64,000 nucleotides of DNA from Hadesarchaea archaeon (GTDB lineage Archaea; Hadarchaeota; Hadarchaeia; Hadarchaeales; Hadarchaeaceae): contig JAPDJH010000009.1 of assembly GCA_029259175.1 (NCBI GenBank), positions 57,610 through 121,609 on the forward strand, given 5' to 3'. A model generated the notes under the pieces. It did not search any database. It saw only the letters and a list, made by a program, of their open reading frames with translations, and was not told the DNA's origin. Numbering within the stretch: position 1 is the stretch's first letter; each line of letters opens with the position of its first letter. This document shows, piece after piece, positions 46,190 to 55,416 of this stretch. The position numbers and the translations under genes are program-made.

Positions 46190-48526
46190 TTGATGCCTGA
46201 ATACTCCTATGTCGGGAAGGAAGTCCCGCGCCTCGATGCGGTTGAAAAAGTCACTGGGGCGGCGTTGTACACCGCAGATTTGAAGTTTCAAGGCCTTCTC
46301 TACGCCCGGTTGCTCAAGAGCCCGTATGCTCACGCCAAGATAGTTCGGATCGACACGTCGAAGGCCGAGCGCCTACCAGGAGTTCACGCGGTTTTGACTG
46401 GTGAGGAGATTCCCTATCGCTTTGGCATTTACATGTCCGACAAATACATGCTGGCGTACAAGAAGACTCGATACGTGGGGGAGCCGGTGGTCGCGGTTGC
46501 AGCCGAGAGCGAGGAGCTCGCGGAAGAGGCTGCTGAGCTCATAGAAGTGGAGTACGAAGAACTCCCTGCCGTTTTTGATCCCCGCGAGGCCCTCAAAGAG
46601 GGAGCTCCGCTGGTGCACGAAGGTTTGGATGAGTACCTCCACGCGCCGTTCATTTTCCCCAAAGCCGGCACCAACATAGCCAATCATTTCAAGCTTCGGA
46701 AAGGCGATGTTGAGAAGGGGTTCAAAGAGGCGGATGTGATCGTTGAGAACGAATTCACGCAGCCGATGGTTCAGAACGTCCAAATGGAACCGCACGTGAG
46801 CATAGGGCAGTGGCATCCAAACGGCCGCATCGATGTGTGGACCAGCGCTCAATCCCCGTTTGCGGTCCGTTACCTCTTAAGTGTGGGTCTGGGCGTTCCT
46901 TTGCATCGGATAACGGTGCGGGTTCCGTTTCTGGGTGGCGGATTTGGCGGAAAGGCCGGTCTCCATTGGGAGCCGCTGGTAGTACTCCTATCGCGCAAGG
47001 CTGGGGGAAGGCCGGTCAAGCTGCTGATGACCCGCGAGGAGGAATTCAACACAGCTGCGGTTCGGCAGGGCATGTACGCGCGCATAAAAACGGGAGTGAA
47101 GCGCGATGGCAGGATTACCGCTGAGGAAATCTTGTACATTTGGGATTCCGGCGCGTATGCGGACTACGCGGTCAACATCGCGCGAGCGGCCGGTTATTCC
47201 TGCACCGGACCGTACGACGTCCCCAACGTCAAGTGCGACAGTTTGACGGTTTACACAAACCACCCCTACGGAACCGCCTACCGGGGTTTCGGCCACGTGG
47301 AGTTCCACTGGGCGACCGAGCGTCAGATGGATCTGGTGGCGAGGGAGATCGGAATGGATCCGCTCGAATTCAGACTTAAGAACGCCGCTTTGCCTGGAAA
47401 AGTTACACCGACAGGCGAGGTGTTGGCCGACGACTGTGGCCGCGTCGATCAGTGTTTGAAAGCGGTGGCGGAGGAGTTGGGGTGGGGCAAGCCGAGAGAA
47501 AAAAGAACCGAGAACGGCAAGCTGCAGGGGATCGGGATTGCTGCTCTCTGGAAAGCTCCGGCCATGCCCTCATATACGTCCTCGTCGGCAATCGTGAAGC
47601 TCAACGAAGACGGCACGGTTCTTCTCTCGCTGGGTCTCACCGAGATGGGCCAAGGAACCGAGACGGCGTTTGCCCAAATGGTCGCTCAGGAGCTCAAAAT
47701 CCCGCTGGAAAAAGTGAACGTTGTGCGTGAGCGGAACACCGACACTGCTCCGTACTCCTGGCAAACCGTAGCCAGCCGTGGCACGTTCATGGACGGAAAC
47801 GCTGTCCTCAGGGCGGTGGACGATTTGAAGCGGAAAATCAAGGAAACCGCGTCGGATCTCTTGGGCTATCCGCCGGAGTCCATAGCGATAGCAGACGGTT
47901 ATGCGTTCGTTGCACGCGAGCCGGACAAACGGGTTTCGCTTGCGCAAATCGCAACGTGCGGGGTGCTGCCGGATGGGCGCGGGGTTCGGGGTCCCCTGCT
48001 GGGCTATGGCTATTACACCGCGGAGGGCCTAACGTTCCTGGATCCGGAAACGGGTCAGGGGCGGCCCGCTCTGATGTGGACTTTCGGAGCGCAGGGGGCT
48101 GAAGTGGAGGTCGACCCCGAAACGGGCGATCTCCGGATTCTCAAGGTTGCCACCGCGTTGGACTTGGGGAAGGCTCTGAACCCGCTGCTCGTGAAGGGGC
48201 AAATCTATGGCGGGGTGGTTCAGGGGCTAGGGACGACAGTTATGGAAGAGTTCATCTTCGACGAGAAGGGGCGGCTGCTAAACAACAATCTGACCGATTA
48301 CAAAATATTTAGGACTCAGGATATTCCAGACAAGTTCGTTCCTATTCTGATTGAGAACCCGCAGCGCAACGCTCCTTACGGAGCGAGAGGAATCGGGGAG
48401 CACCCGACGATTGGAATTGCAGCCGCGGTCGCCAATGCCATTTACGACGCGACGGGAGTGGATTTCTTCGATCTTCCGATCACGCGCGAGCGTTTGTGGA
48501 AAGGTTTGAAGGGGGTGAAAAAGTGA
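46190..48526 (+). CDS. Xanthine dehydrogenase/CoxL-family molybdopterin-binding subunit
   Basis: R.DA.EKVTG, GGGFGGK, AYRGFG loop (not form-I CODH AYRCSFR), EMGQG, GIGE. Confidence 0.92.
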   Translation: MMPEYSYVGKEVPRLDAVEKVTGAALYTADLKFQGLLYARLLKSPYAHAKIVRIDTSKAERLPGVHAVLTGEEIPYRFGIYMSDKYMLAYKKTRYVGEPVVAVAAESEELAEEAAELIEVEYEELPAVFDPREALKEGAPLVHEGLDEYLHAPFIFPKAGTNIANHFKLRKGDVEKGFKEADVIVENEFTQPMVQNVQMEPHVSIGQWHPNGRIDVWTSAQSPFAVRYLLSVGLGVPLHRITVRVPFLGGGFGGKAGLHWEPLVVLLSRKAGGRPVKLLMTREEEFNTAAVRQGMYARIKTGVKRDGRITAEEILYIWDSGAYADYAVNIARAAGYSCTGPYDVPNVKCDSLTVYTNHPYGTAYRGFGHVEFHWATERQMDLVAREIGMDPLEFRLKNAALPGKVTPTGEVLADDCGRVDQCLKAVAEELGWGKPREKRTENGKLQGIGIAALWKAPAMPSYTSSSAIVKLNEDGTVLLSLGLTEMGQGTETAFAQMVAQELKIPLEKVNVVRERNTDTAPYSWQTVASRGTFMDGNAVLRAVDDLKRKIKETASDLLGYPPESIAIADGYAFVAREPDKRVSLAQIATCGVLPDGRGVRGPLLGYGYYTAEGLTFLDPETGQGRPALMWTFGAQGAEVEVDPETGDLRILKVATALDLGKALNPLLVKGQIYGGVVQGLGTTVMEEFIFDEKGRLLNNNLTDYKIFRTQDIPDKFVPILIENPQRNAPYGARGIGEHPTIGIAAAVANAIYDATGVDFFDLPITRERLWKGLKGVKK

Positions 48527-49368
48527 TTCCGAAATTCGACTACCACGCGCCGACCACGATCGACGAAGCCGTTGAACTTCTAAACACGCTGGAAGACGCG
48601 CGCGTTTTCGCGGGAGGAACGGATCTCTTCGTCCTCATGCGCGACCGACTGGTCAGGCCGAAAAACCTGATCGATTTGAAGCAGATAAGCGAACTCCAGC
48701 AGATCTCCTTTGATGAACGAAACGGCCTGAGAATCGGGGCAGCCGTCACTTTTGCGGAAATTCTGCGGTCAGAGGTGGTGAAAGACAGGTTCAGAGTTTT
48801 GTGGGATGCTGCCAGCGTTCTCGCAGATCCGGTTCTCAGAAATCGAGCGACGATCGGGGGAAACATCTGCAACGCCTCGCCCGCGGCCGATAGTGCTCCC
48901 GCTCTGCTGGTCTTGGATGCGGTTGTGGAGGTTGCAGGGGAAAGGCCGCGGGAAATCCCGATTGGAGAGTTCTTCACGGGTGTGAAACGAACAGCGCTCA
49001 AGCCAGGGGAATTCGTGCGAGCCGTGAGAATTCCCACACCGCCTCCGGGATCCAAAGGTCGTTACTACAAATGGGGTCGGACGCGGGGAGAAGACTTGGC
49101 GATCGTAGGGGTGGCCATCCAAGTGAACGGTGAAAAGGATGTGAGAGTTGCGCTGTCCTCGGTCTACAAAACGCCGATCAGGATTGGCGCGGTTGAAAAG
49201 ATTTTCAAAGAAGGAGGCCCCGTCGAGGAAAAGATAAAAAGAGCCGTCGAAGCCGTGAGATCCAACATTTCGCCCATCACTGATGTGCGGGGGAGCAAGG
49301 AGTACCGGGTTCACATGGCGGGGGTGCTCACGGAGCGCGGGTTGCGAGAGTTATTGGAGGTGAAGTGA
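48523..49368 (+). CDS. XDH/CoxM-family FAD-binding subunit
   Basis: F.YHAP.T..EA, AGGTDL, RNRATIGGNI.NASPAAD, PI.DVR.S.EYR. Confidence 0.92.
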   Translation: MIPKFDYHAPTTIDEAVELLNTLEDARVFAGGTDLFVLMRDRLVRPKNLIDLKQISELQQISFDERNGLRIGAAVTFAEILRSEVVKDRFRVLWDAASVLADPVLRNRATIGGNICNASPAADSAPALLVLDAVVEVAGERPREIPIGEFFTGVKRTALKPGEFVRAVRIPTPPPGSKGRYYKWGRTRGEDLAIVGVAIQVNGEKDVRVALSSVYKTPIRIGAVEKIFKEGGPVEEKIKRAVEAVRSNISPITDVRGSKEYRVHMAGVLTERGLRELLEVK

Positions 49369-49851
49369 GTGTCGAAACACAGAATTTCGCTGAAGGTGAA
49401 CGGGCGGCTCCACGAACTCGAGGTGGAGGCAAACAAGACCCTGCTGAGATTGTTGCGGGAGGACCTCGGACTCACGGGGACGAAGTGCGCGTGCGAGCGG
49501 GGCGATTGCGGGTTGTGCACGGTTTGGCTCGATGGGAAGCCCGTGAAATCGTGTTTGGTGCTGGCGGTGGAAGCCGATGGGCACGAGATCACGACCATTG
49601 AAGGGCTGGCGCGCGACGGAAAGCTCACACCGGTGCAGCAGAAGTTCGTGGAGCACGGAGCTGTTCAGTGCGGGTTCTGCACGCCGGGAATGATCATGGT
49701 CGCCGAAGCGTTTCTGCGCGAGAATCCCAATCCAACGGAGGAGGAAGTGAAAGAGGCTTTGGGTGGCGTGCTGTGCCGGTGCACGGGCTATCGGCAGATC
49801 ATAGACGCTGTTCTGGACGCCGCGAAGGAGATGAGAAAAGCTAGCACCTGA
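49369..49851 (+). CDS. XDH/CoxS-family [2Fe-2S] subunit
   Basis: GTK..CERGDCGLCTV, SCL, QCGFCTPG, LCRCTGY. Confidence 0.95.
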   Translation: MSKHRISLKVNGRLHELEVEANKTLLRLLREDLGLTGTKCACERGDCGLCTVWLDGKPVKSCLVLAVEADGHEITTIEGLARDGKLTPVQQKFVEHGAVQCGFCTPGMIMVAEAFLRENPNPTEEEVKEALGGVLCRCTGYRQIIDAVLDAAKEMRKAST

Positions 49852-49896
49852 CGAGGGCTACAATCTAAAAAAATAAAAAAACGGGGCCGAGGGGTT

Positions 49897-50721
49897 TTAC
49901 TCCTCGGCTATCATCGCAACCACTCGGCACCAAGCCGATTCTCCGCCCTCGAACTTCACCGGCAGGCAACTGATGATGCAACGGCGGTTCTGCAACTCTG
50001 GGGCTGAAATCTGGCCGCCAAGGTTCTCCAAGTGAATGCAGTCGTGCGGGAAGAGGGCGTTGTGGGTGAGCTGGTAGTCCTCGGGCGGGAAGAGCTTTTC
50101 GAGGTTCTCCTTGCCGAACTTCTCCTCGGCCTTGCGGCGGACGCGCTCGCAGTGCCCAAACGTCCCCTTACCCAAAAAGCGGCCAATGGGCAGGTTCATG
50201 GGATGGTCGGTGGAGACGGCGTCGACGCCCCATATCTTGATGCGCTTCTTAAGTAGCCACTTCACCATGCGACGGTCGGCTCCCGGGTGGTAGTGGATGT
50301 AGCGCTCCTCGTCGGGCTCCGAACCACCATAGCCGTAGCGATGCCAACCCGTGTGGAGGATGAGGATATCGCCCTCGCGCACCTCCACGCGCTTCTCTAT
50401 CATCTCGGGGGTATAGATGGCAAGGTCGTCCATCTCGTCGGTGAGGTCAACGATGACGCCCGGGCCGCATGCCCACTCGATGGGGATTTCGTCGATTGTT
50501 TTGCCGCGGGTGAGGAAGTGGCGCGGGCCGTCGAGGTGGGTTCCGATGTGGATGGAGCTCTGGATGTACTGGGCGTTGACACCGTGCTCGGGCTTGCGCT
50601 TGAAATACTTGATCTCGAAGGGCGGGTAATAGGGCCAGAAGGGGGTGTGGATGCCGAGCGGCTGCGAGAGGTCGTAGAGCTTCACCTTTCCCTCGTCGAA
50701 GAGCTTCAACAGCGGGTCCAT
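49897..50721 (-). CDS. Cyclase-family (kynurenine formamidase-like) metal hydrolase
   Basis: DLSQP, HIGTHLDGPRH, GDIL.LHTGW, GVD..STD, ENL. Confidence 0.92.
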   Translation of the reverse strand: MDPLLKLFDEGKVKLYDLSQPLGIHTPFWPYYPPFEIKYFKRKPEHGVNAQYIQSSIHIGTHLDGPRHFLTRGKTIDEIPIEWACGPGVIVDLTDEMDDLAIYTPEMIEKRVEVREGDILILHTGWHRYGYGGSEPDEERYIHYHPGADRRMVKWLLKKRIKIWGVDAVSTDHPMNLPIGRFLGKGTFGHCERVRRKAEEKFGKENLEKLFPPEDYQLTHNALFPHDCIHLENLGGQISAPELQNRRCIISCLPVKFEGGESAWCRVVAMIAEE

Positions 50722-50827
50722 TCGAACAGCCTCCCGGTGCAGGATTGGAGCGTCGGATTATAAGGGTTGTGGGAGTATGCCACGCAAAAAAATTTTTAAG
50801 CGAAGGCGAAGGTTTGGGTTGGTTGCC

Positions 50828-51850
50828 ATGAGACAGACCCCCTATTTCAAGGAGCGTGTGAAAGCCGTTGAGGTTGGATCCAAATCGATTTCCCAGCTCC
50901 TGCGCGAGATGGGCGATACTGGTTTTCAGGGGCGCAAGCTCGGGGAAGTGGTGGACGTCTGGGAGGAGATGATAAACCAAGGGGATCGCTTGCTCATCAT
51001 GCTGGGCTACGCGGGATCGATGAGCACCACCGGGATGTGGCGCATCATCTGCTGGCTCATCGAGAACCGGTATATCGACGTGCTGGTGTCGACGGGGGCC
51101 AACATCTCGGAAGACATCTTGGATGCCATGGGTGCGGGCTACTGGAAGGGGCACCACTTAGTCGACGACGAGGATCTGCTGCGCCACAAGATCGACCGCT
51201 TCTACGATGTGTTCGCGGACGAGCTGGAGTACCGCAAGATGGAGGGGCTCATTGAGGAGTTCATCATGGGGCTGGACGAAAGCCGCGTGTACACGACGCG
51301 CGAGTTCCTGTTCAAGTTCGGGCGCTTCCTGCACGAGCGCGGGATCCATTGTATTCTCTCTGCTGCGTACGAGCACCGAGTTCCTGTGTACTGCCCCGCA
51401 CTCGTGGACAGCGGGTACGGGGTCGCGGCGTTCACGGCCAGCACGCGGGGGAAGCACATCCGCGTGGACATGATGGAGGACTTTAGAGAACTCACGCGCG
51501 TGGTGGATCGCGTAGGGCGGAGCGGCGTGGTGTACATTGGGGGAGGAGTCCCCAAGGACTTCGCACAGCTCGTCACGGTCTGCCGCGATCTCATGCACGG
51601 CGGGGAGATCGCGTACCCGCACGAGTACGCCATCCAGATCACCACGGACTCTCCCCAGTGGGGAGGGCTCAGCGGCTGCACGCTCGAGGAGGCCATAAGC
51701 TGGGGGAAGACCTCGGCGACGGGGCGTAACGTGACGTGCTACTGTGACGCTACGATTGCGCTGCCGCTGGTGGCGCACGCGCTGTTCGAGCGAGTCGGAA
51801 AGCCGAGGCGGGGGCCGGACCTGAGCGATGTGTGCGAGCGCGAGCCCTGA
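50828..51850 (+). CDS. Deoxyhypusine synthase-family protein
   Basis: GFQG, STGAN, CPALVDS, IGGGVPK, TTD.P.WGGLSGC...EAISWGK; ATG 50828 preferred. Confidence 0.88.
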   Translation: MRQTPYFKERVKAVEVGSKSISQLLREMGDTGFQGRKLGEVVDVWEEMINQGDRLLIMLGYAGSMSTTGMWRIICWLIENRYIDVLVSTGANISEDILDAMGAGYWKGHHLVDDEDLLRHKIDRFYDVFADELEYRKMEGLIEEFIMGLDESRVYTTREFLFKFGRFLHERGIHCILSAAYEHRVPVYCPALVDSGYGVAAFTASTRGKHIRVDMMEDFRELTRVVDRVGRSGVVYIGGGVPKDFAQLVTVCRDLMHGGEIAYPHEYAIQITTDSPQWGGLSGCTLEEAISWGKTSATGRNVTCYCDATIALPLVAHALFERVGKPRRGPDLSDVCEREP

Positions 51851-51888
51851 CACCTCCAGTATAAAAATGAGGAAAATCCGGTGAGCAT

Positions 51889-52038
51889 ATGACAAAGCGG
51901 AGGACTGGGCAGAAGCGCCCTTCACGAAAACCCAAGGGCAGAAAGAAGAGGCTCCTAGTTGCGGGAGCAGTTGCGGCGGGGGCTGTGGCTGGTGGTTATC
52001 TGATCTACAGGCGGGGGCGGAAACGCAAAAGATTTTAA
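51889..52038 (+). CDS. 49-aa highly basic single-TM microprotein (not in ORF track)
   Basis: TATAAAAA 51860-67, GGTGAG RBS; MTKRRTGQKRPSRKPKGRKKRLLVAGAVAAGAVAGGYLIYRRGRKRKRF. Confidence 0.7.
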   Translation: MTKRRTGQKRPSRKPKGRKKRLLVAGAVAAGAVAGGYLIYRRGRKRKRF

Positions 52039-52063
52039 CACGGTTGACTCCATCCTGAAGTGA

Positions 52064-52140
52064 GCCGGGGTGGCAGAGCGGCTAATGCGGCGGACTGCAG
52101 ATCCGCTTTTTCGCCGGTTCAAATCCGGCCCCCGGCTCCA
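52064..52140 (+). tRNA. tRNA-Cys(GCA), CCA encoded
   Basis: GCCGGGG/CCCCGGC, GCGGA-CT-GCA-GA-TCCGC, GCCGG-TTCAAAT-CCGGC, U73. Confidence 0.95.
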
Positions 52141-52174
52141 ATGACCACAACAAGACGATAGATAACGCGACCAC

Positions 52175-52507
52175 CTATCCACCAAGCATCTTAGATATTT
52201 TCTCCTTCAGCTTAGGGACATCTTCTTTCACGATCTTCCAGACGTTTGCGTAGTCGACTCCGAAATACTTATGCACGAGTACGTTTCTAAGCCCAGCAAT
52301 GTGCTTCCATGGAACTTCACTGTGTCTGTCTTTTACGTGCTCCGGCACATTCTTTGCGGCCTCTCCGATGATTTCGAGGCTTCTCACAATTGCCCTTTTC
52401 AGCGTTTCGTCCTTCACGAAATCTTCGAAACTTTTTGCCTTCAATGCGTTTTCGATATATTCACATTCATCCAGCATGTGCTTCAAGAAGGGCTTGTAAT
52501 CCTTCAC
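52175..52507 (-). CDS. HEPN/DUF86 toxin (HepT-like)
   Basis: AIVRSLEIIGEAAK, PW..IAGLRNVLVH.YFGVD. Confidence 0.93.
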   Translation of the reverse strand: MKDYKPFLKHMLDECEYIENALKAKSFEDFVKDETLKRAIVRSLEIIGEAAKNVPEHVKDRHSEVPWKHIAGLRNVLVHKYFGVDYANVWKIVKEDVPKLKEKISKMLGG

Positions 52508-52821
52508 GCGAACACCACTTCCCGCTCCACGTAAGGCTTTATGTAAGGGCTTATCGCGCCGACCGAGACCAAGTCGACTTTTCTCCCCAGCTTCCGCTCG
52601 AGAAATTCCATCAAGTCGAAAAACTTGAGCCCTATGGGTTCGGAAAATTCGACGAGGATGTCCACATCGCTCTTTCCCGTCTGCTTCCCCCTGACGATCG
52701 ATCCGAAAACCCCTATCCTCGCGACCTTGTACTCCCGCGCCAAGATTGGCTCCAGTTCTTTCAAAGTTTTAATCACCGCCTCGAGCTCGGGATTTCGTTC
52801 CACCATTTCAAACACCCACAT
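52504..52821 (-). CDS. Minimal nucleotidyltransferase antitoxin (MntA-like)
   Basis: IGVFGSIVRG.Q...SDVDILVEF, LGRKVDLV; start may be ATG 52806. Confidence 0.93.
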   Translation of the reverse strand: MWVFEMVERNPELEAVIKTLKELEPILAREYKVARIGVFGSIVRGKQTGKSDVDILVEFSEPIGLKFFDLMEFLERKLGRKVDLVSVGAISPYIKPYVEREVVFA

Positions 52822-52899
52822 TCAGTTGGAGCCGCCCGTTATTAATTGTTCAAGATTGGGATTTCTCGTTGGTTCGCTCTGCGATTCTGCTTTTCCCCG

Positions 52900-52917
52900 A
52901 ATCCGGCCCCGGCTCCA
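52900..52917 (+). repeat. Direct repeat of tRNA-Cys 3' end (attR-like)
   Basis: AATCCGGCCCCGGCTCCA vs tRNA AATCCGGCCCCCGGCTCCA (1-nt deletion). Confidence 0.9.
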
Positions 52918-53031
52918 AACACGCTGGTTTCATTTTCCTTTCTTGAAGCCACAATGTTCCGATTTAACAAATTCAGCTTAAAATGGTCTCAGAACAAAAG
53001 TTTCACGTATGGGGTGAGAAATGGGAGAGAA

Positions 53032-53706
53032 TTGGAACTAATTCTCTGGACAATTTTCATAGCAGGAGTGTTGAAAGCCTACCTGCTACCAGCGATAGCG
53101 TTGGTAACAGGAATAGGGTTCATTCACATTCCCGACTGGATAAGCACGCCGGGGATAGGACACGCGATGACCGTCTGTATGGGCATCCTTCCGCTGGTTG
53201 GGATCATAGATTTCTATTCTCGCGGCGGGCGGCTGGAGAGAAGAAAACCGAAGAAGATCCACCTGCTCTTCTTGGTTCTGATGTTTCTTGGAGCCTTGCT
53301 TGCCCCTCTAGAAAGGATTCTGGTAAGGGGCGATGAAGTTTCCCAAGTGCTTTGGACTCTTTCAGACACGCTGCCTTCCGGAATCGCTTTCGGATTGCTC
53401 GTCCCCTTTTATAAACTCGAGAAGGAGAAAAGGCTATTATCCTTTCTGTTCTTCTTTGCGCTCACCTACATTACTGTCCCCGCAGCAGCAACAGTTAAAA
53501 TCTTGAATCCTTCACTCTCCGGTTTTCCAACGTACGAAACGCCCTTTTATCTGGACGCTTGGTTCTGGAGTGACATGATCGTCAACATAGGGGTGGGCGT
53601 CTTCTTGATTTGGAGTATTTTAAATGAGCATCTCCTTAGGAAGAGGACAACCACAAGGGTTCGCCGAGCGGGTGTTGCAGGGTTCGGTAAAGGGCGGAGA
53701 ACTTAG
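53032..53706 (+). CDS. Multi-TM hypothetical membrane protein
   Basis: About 6 hydrophobic segments; C-terminal WFWSD motif shared with 55417-56079; start uncertain (TTG 53032). Confidence 0.65.
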   Translation: MELILWTIFIAGVLKAYLLPAIALVTGIGFIHIPDWISTPGIGHAMTVCMGILPLVGIIDFYSRGGRLERRKPKKIHLLFLVLMFLGALLAPLERILVRGDEVSQVLWTLSDTLPSGIAFGLLVPFYKLEKEKRLLSFLFFFALTYITVPAAATVKILNPSLSGFPTYETPFYLDAWFWSDMIVNIGVGVFLIWSILNEHLLRKRTTTRVRRAGVAGFGKGRRT

Positions 53707-53719
53707 GAGAGGTGCAGAA

Positions 53720-55387
53720 ATGAATCCCGCGCACCAAAGGCTCGTCATGGGTCTCTCGGGCTTCGTGGCTTTTGCCTTGCTAGTACCAGCATGCTTTCAA
53801 GTGGTCGCGTTCTACGCGCTCTCCGAAAACTGCCGATACGACTTTAGTGGCCCACACGACTTCTGGATGGATCCGACGTGGACGGTTGCGAGCGAGAACG
53901 GGAACCCAGTACTCAGAGGAGAAAATGAGGGATTCGCATTTTTTCCAAAGGAAACTCCAAAGGAAAATAAGCGGACGAAAGACCTCCTGCCCACCCCCAC
54001 CGAGCTTGCCGGGCTAGAAGTAAGGATAGAACTCGAGAGAGGATTCACCTGCGTTTCGTGGGTGGGCAGAAACCAAAAGCTCTCCTTAGTTCTTCATCCA
54101 GCCGCGCTGGAGGTGGAGCGGTGGTCTGGCGATGAACTCGTCGAGTGGCACTCCTACCCCGCAGATTTTTCGCTCGGTCGGTGGCACAGCTTGCAGTTGT
54201 CAGTCCGAGACTTGGATTTCTACATAAAACTAGATGACAACCAAACAATAGAGGTAGAAAACGCGTTTTGGGCCCGAAAGGTGAGTTTCGAGGCGTGCCC
54301 CTCCGATGTGGGCACGGTGGTCTTGATAGACAACTTCGAGGTCTGCTTCCATAAGCCCCCGGTTGTTCAATCTCTCCTTGCGGATCTCGCGATCGTCGGG
54401 CGGATGCTTGCCTATATGGGACTTTTCCTCCTGTTAATCTTTGGACTGTTCAAAATCAAGCCAAGATATGGCTTCTGGGCCGCTCTCGCTCTGATCACTG
54501 CCCTGCTCTCCGAGCGCCCGACGCTTTTCTTCAGCAGGCCACTGGATTTGGGCTTTATCCTCGGATACCTCTTCTACTTCTTCTACAGCTTCATAACATA
54601 CGACTTGGTTTGGAGCAGCAACAGAACTGACCTAGGAACTCTTCTGCTCGTCGGAGCTCTCGTAGGGTGTTTCCTAAGCTTCGGCAGGTGGGGCGTGTCG
54701 CCGGGTTTGGTTGCGAGATTCTCCGTTGTCTCGATTACTCTTCCGTTGGTTATGCTCGACTCTTTTACCCCGAATCCCGAAGTGAGGGTTCCTCCCTGGG
54801 CCAACACCTTGCTCGGAGGCCGGCGGTGGCGGTGGACTCTAGCGCTCATTATGCTCGCACTCTTGTACTCGGCATATTGTGCGATAGGTCTGATCGTTTC
54901 TGACCTCTGCTTTCACCTCTCGTTGGTTGTCATGGCCGGAGAACTCATCCTAGTCTATCTGCTGGCCCTGCTCATCATTTCGAAAGGCATGAGCCTGAGG
55001 GAGTTCCTGCCCACTAGGCGTGAGCGAAAAGTCCTCTTCTCGGCTCTAGGAGTGGCTTATCTTTTTTCATCGGCATACCTGTTGCGCACGTCACTGACCG
55101 CATCTGCCTCGCCCTCTGAACTCATGCTCATGAATTTCGGCCCCTTTGTGCTCATGTTTTCCTTGCTACTCGCGTGCACGCGCTCGAGGTTAAGAAAACG
55201 AGTCCGTATGCGCGAAAGACTGAAGCCTCGCTCGCTGCTGGTCTGGCTTCCCTTGCTACTGCTGTTTGCCTCCCTTGTATCGCTCGTTCCTCCCTTGGTG
55301 GTGCTCGTCCCAATCGAGATGTTTTTGGTACAGGTGGGAGGCATCGGGCTAATAGCATGGCTGCTGCTAGACACGCGAAGGCTGTGA
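53720..55387 (+). CDS. Membrane protein with extracellular lectin/DUF1080-like domain and ~12 TM
   Basis: ATG after GAGGTG; YDFS...W...G.WH.L.L.V...IDNFEV beta-sandwich pattern, then hydrophobic region. Confidence 0.6.
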   Translation: MNPAHQRLVMGLSGFVAFALLVPACFQVVAFYALSENCRYDFSGPHDFWMDPTWTVASENGNPVLRGENEGFAFFPKETPKENKRTKDLLPTPTELAGLEVRIELERGFTCVSWVGRNQKLSLVLHPAALEVERWSGDELVEWHSYPADFSLGRWHSLQLSVRDLDFYIKLDDNQTIEVENAFWARKVSFEACPSDVGTVVLIDNFEVCFHKPPVVQSLLADLAIVGRMLAYMGLFLLLIFGLFKIKPRYGFWAALALITALLSERPTLFFSRPLDLGFILGYLFYFFYSFITYDLVWSSNRTDLGTLLLVGALVGCFLSFGRWGVSPGLVARFSVVSITLPLVMLDSFTPNPEVRVPPWANTLLGGRRWRWTLALIMLALLYSAYCAIGLIVSDLCFHLSLVVMAGELILVYLLALLIISKGMSLREFLPTRRERKVLFSALGVAYLFSSAYLLRTSLTASASPSELMLMNFGPFVLMFSLLLACTRSRLRKRVRMRERLKPRSLLVWLPLLLLFASLVSLVPPLVVLVPIEMFLVQVGGIGLIAWLLLDTRRL

Positions 55388-55416
55388 GACGGTTGGATTT
55401 TAAAGTCGGGACAGGG

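Larger units (their letters stand above)
52141..52917. mobile_element. tRNA-Cys-integrated mini-element carrying only an MNT-HEPN pair
   Basis: Bounded by tRNA-Cys 3' end and a direct repeat at 52900-52917. Confidence 0.75.

Noticed and set aside
46190-48526. Aerobic CO dehydrogenase
   Set aside because: Active-site loop is AYRGFG, not form-I AYRCSFR; substrate cannot be assigned
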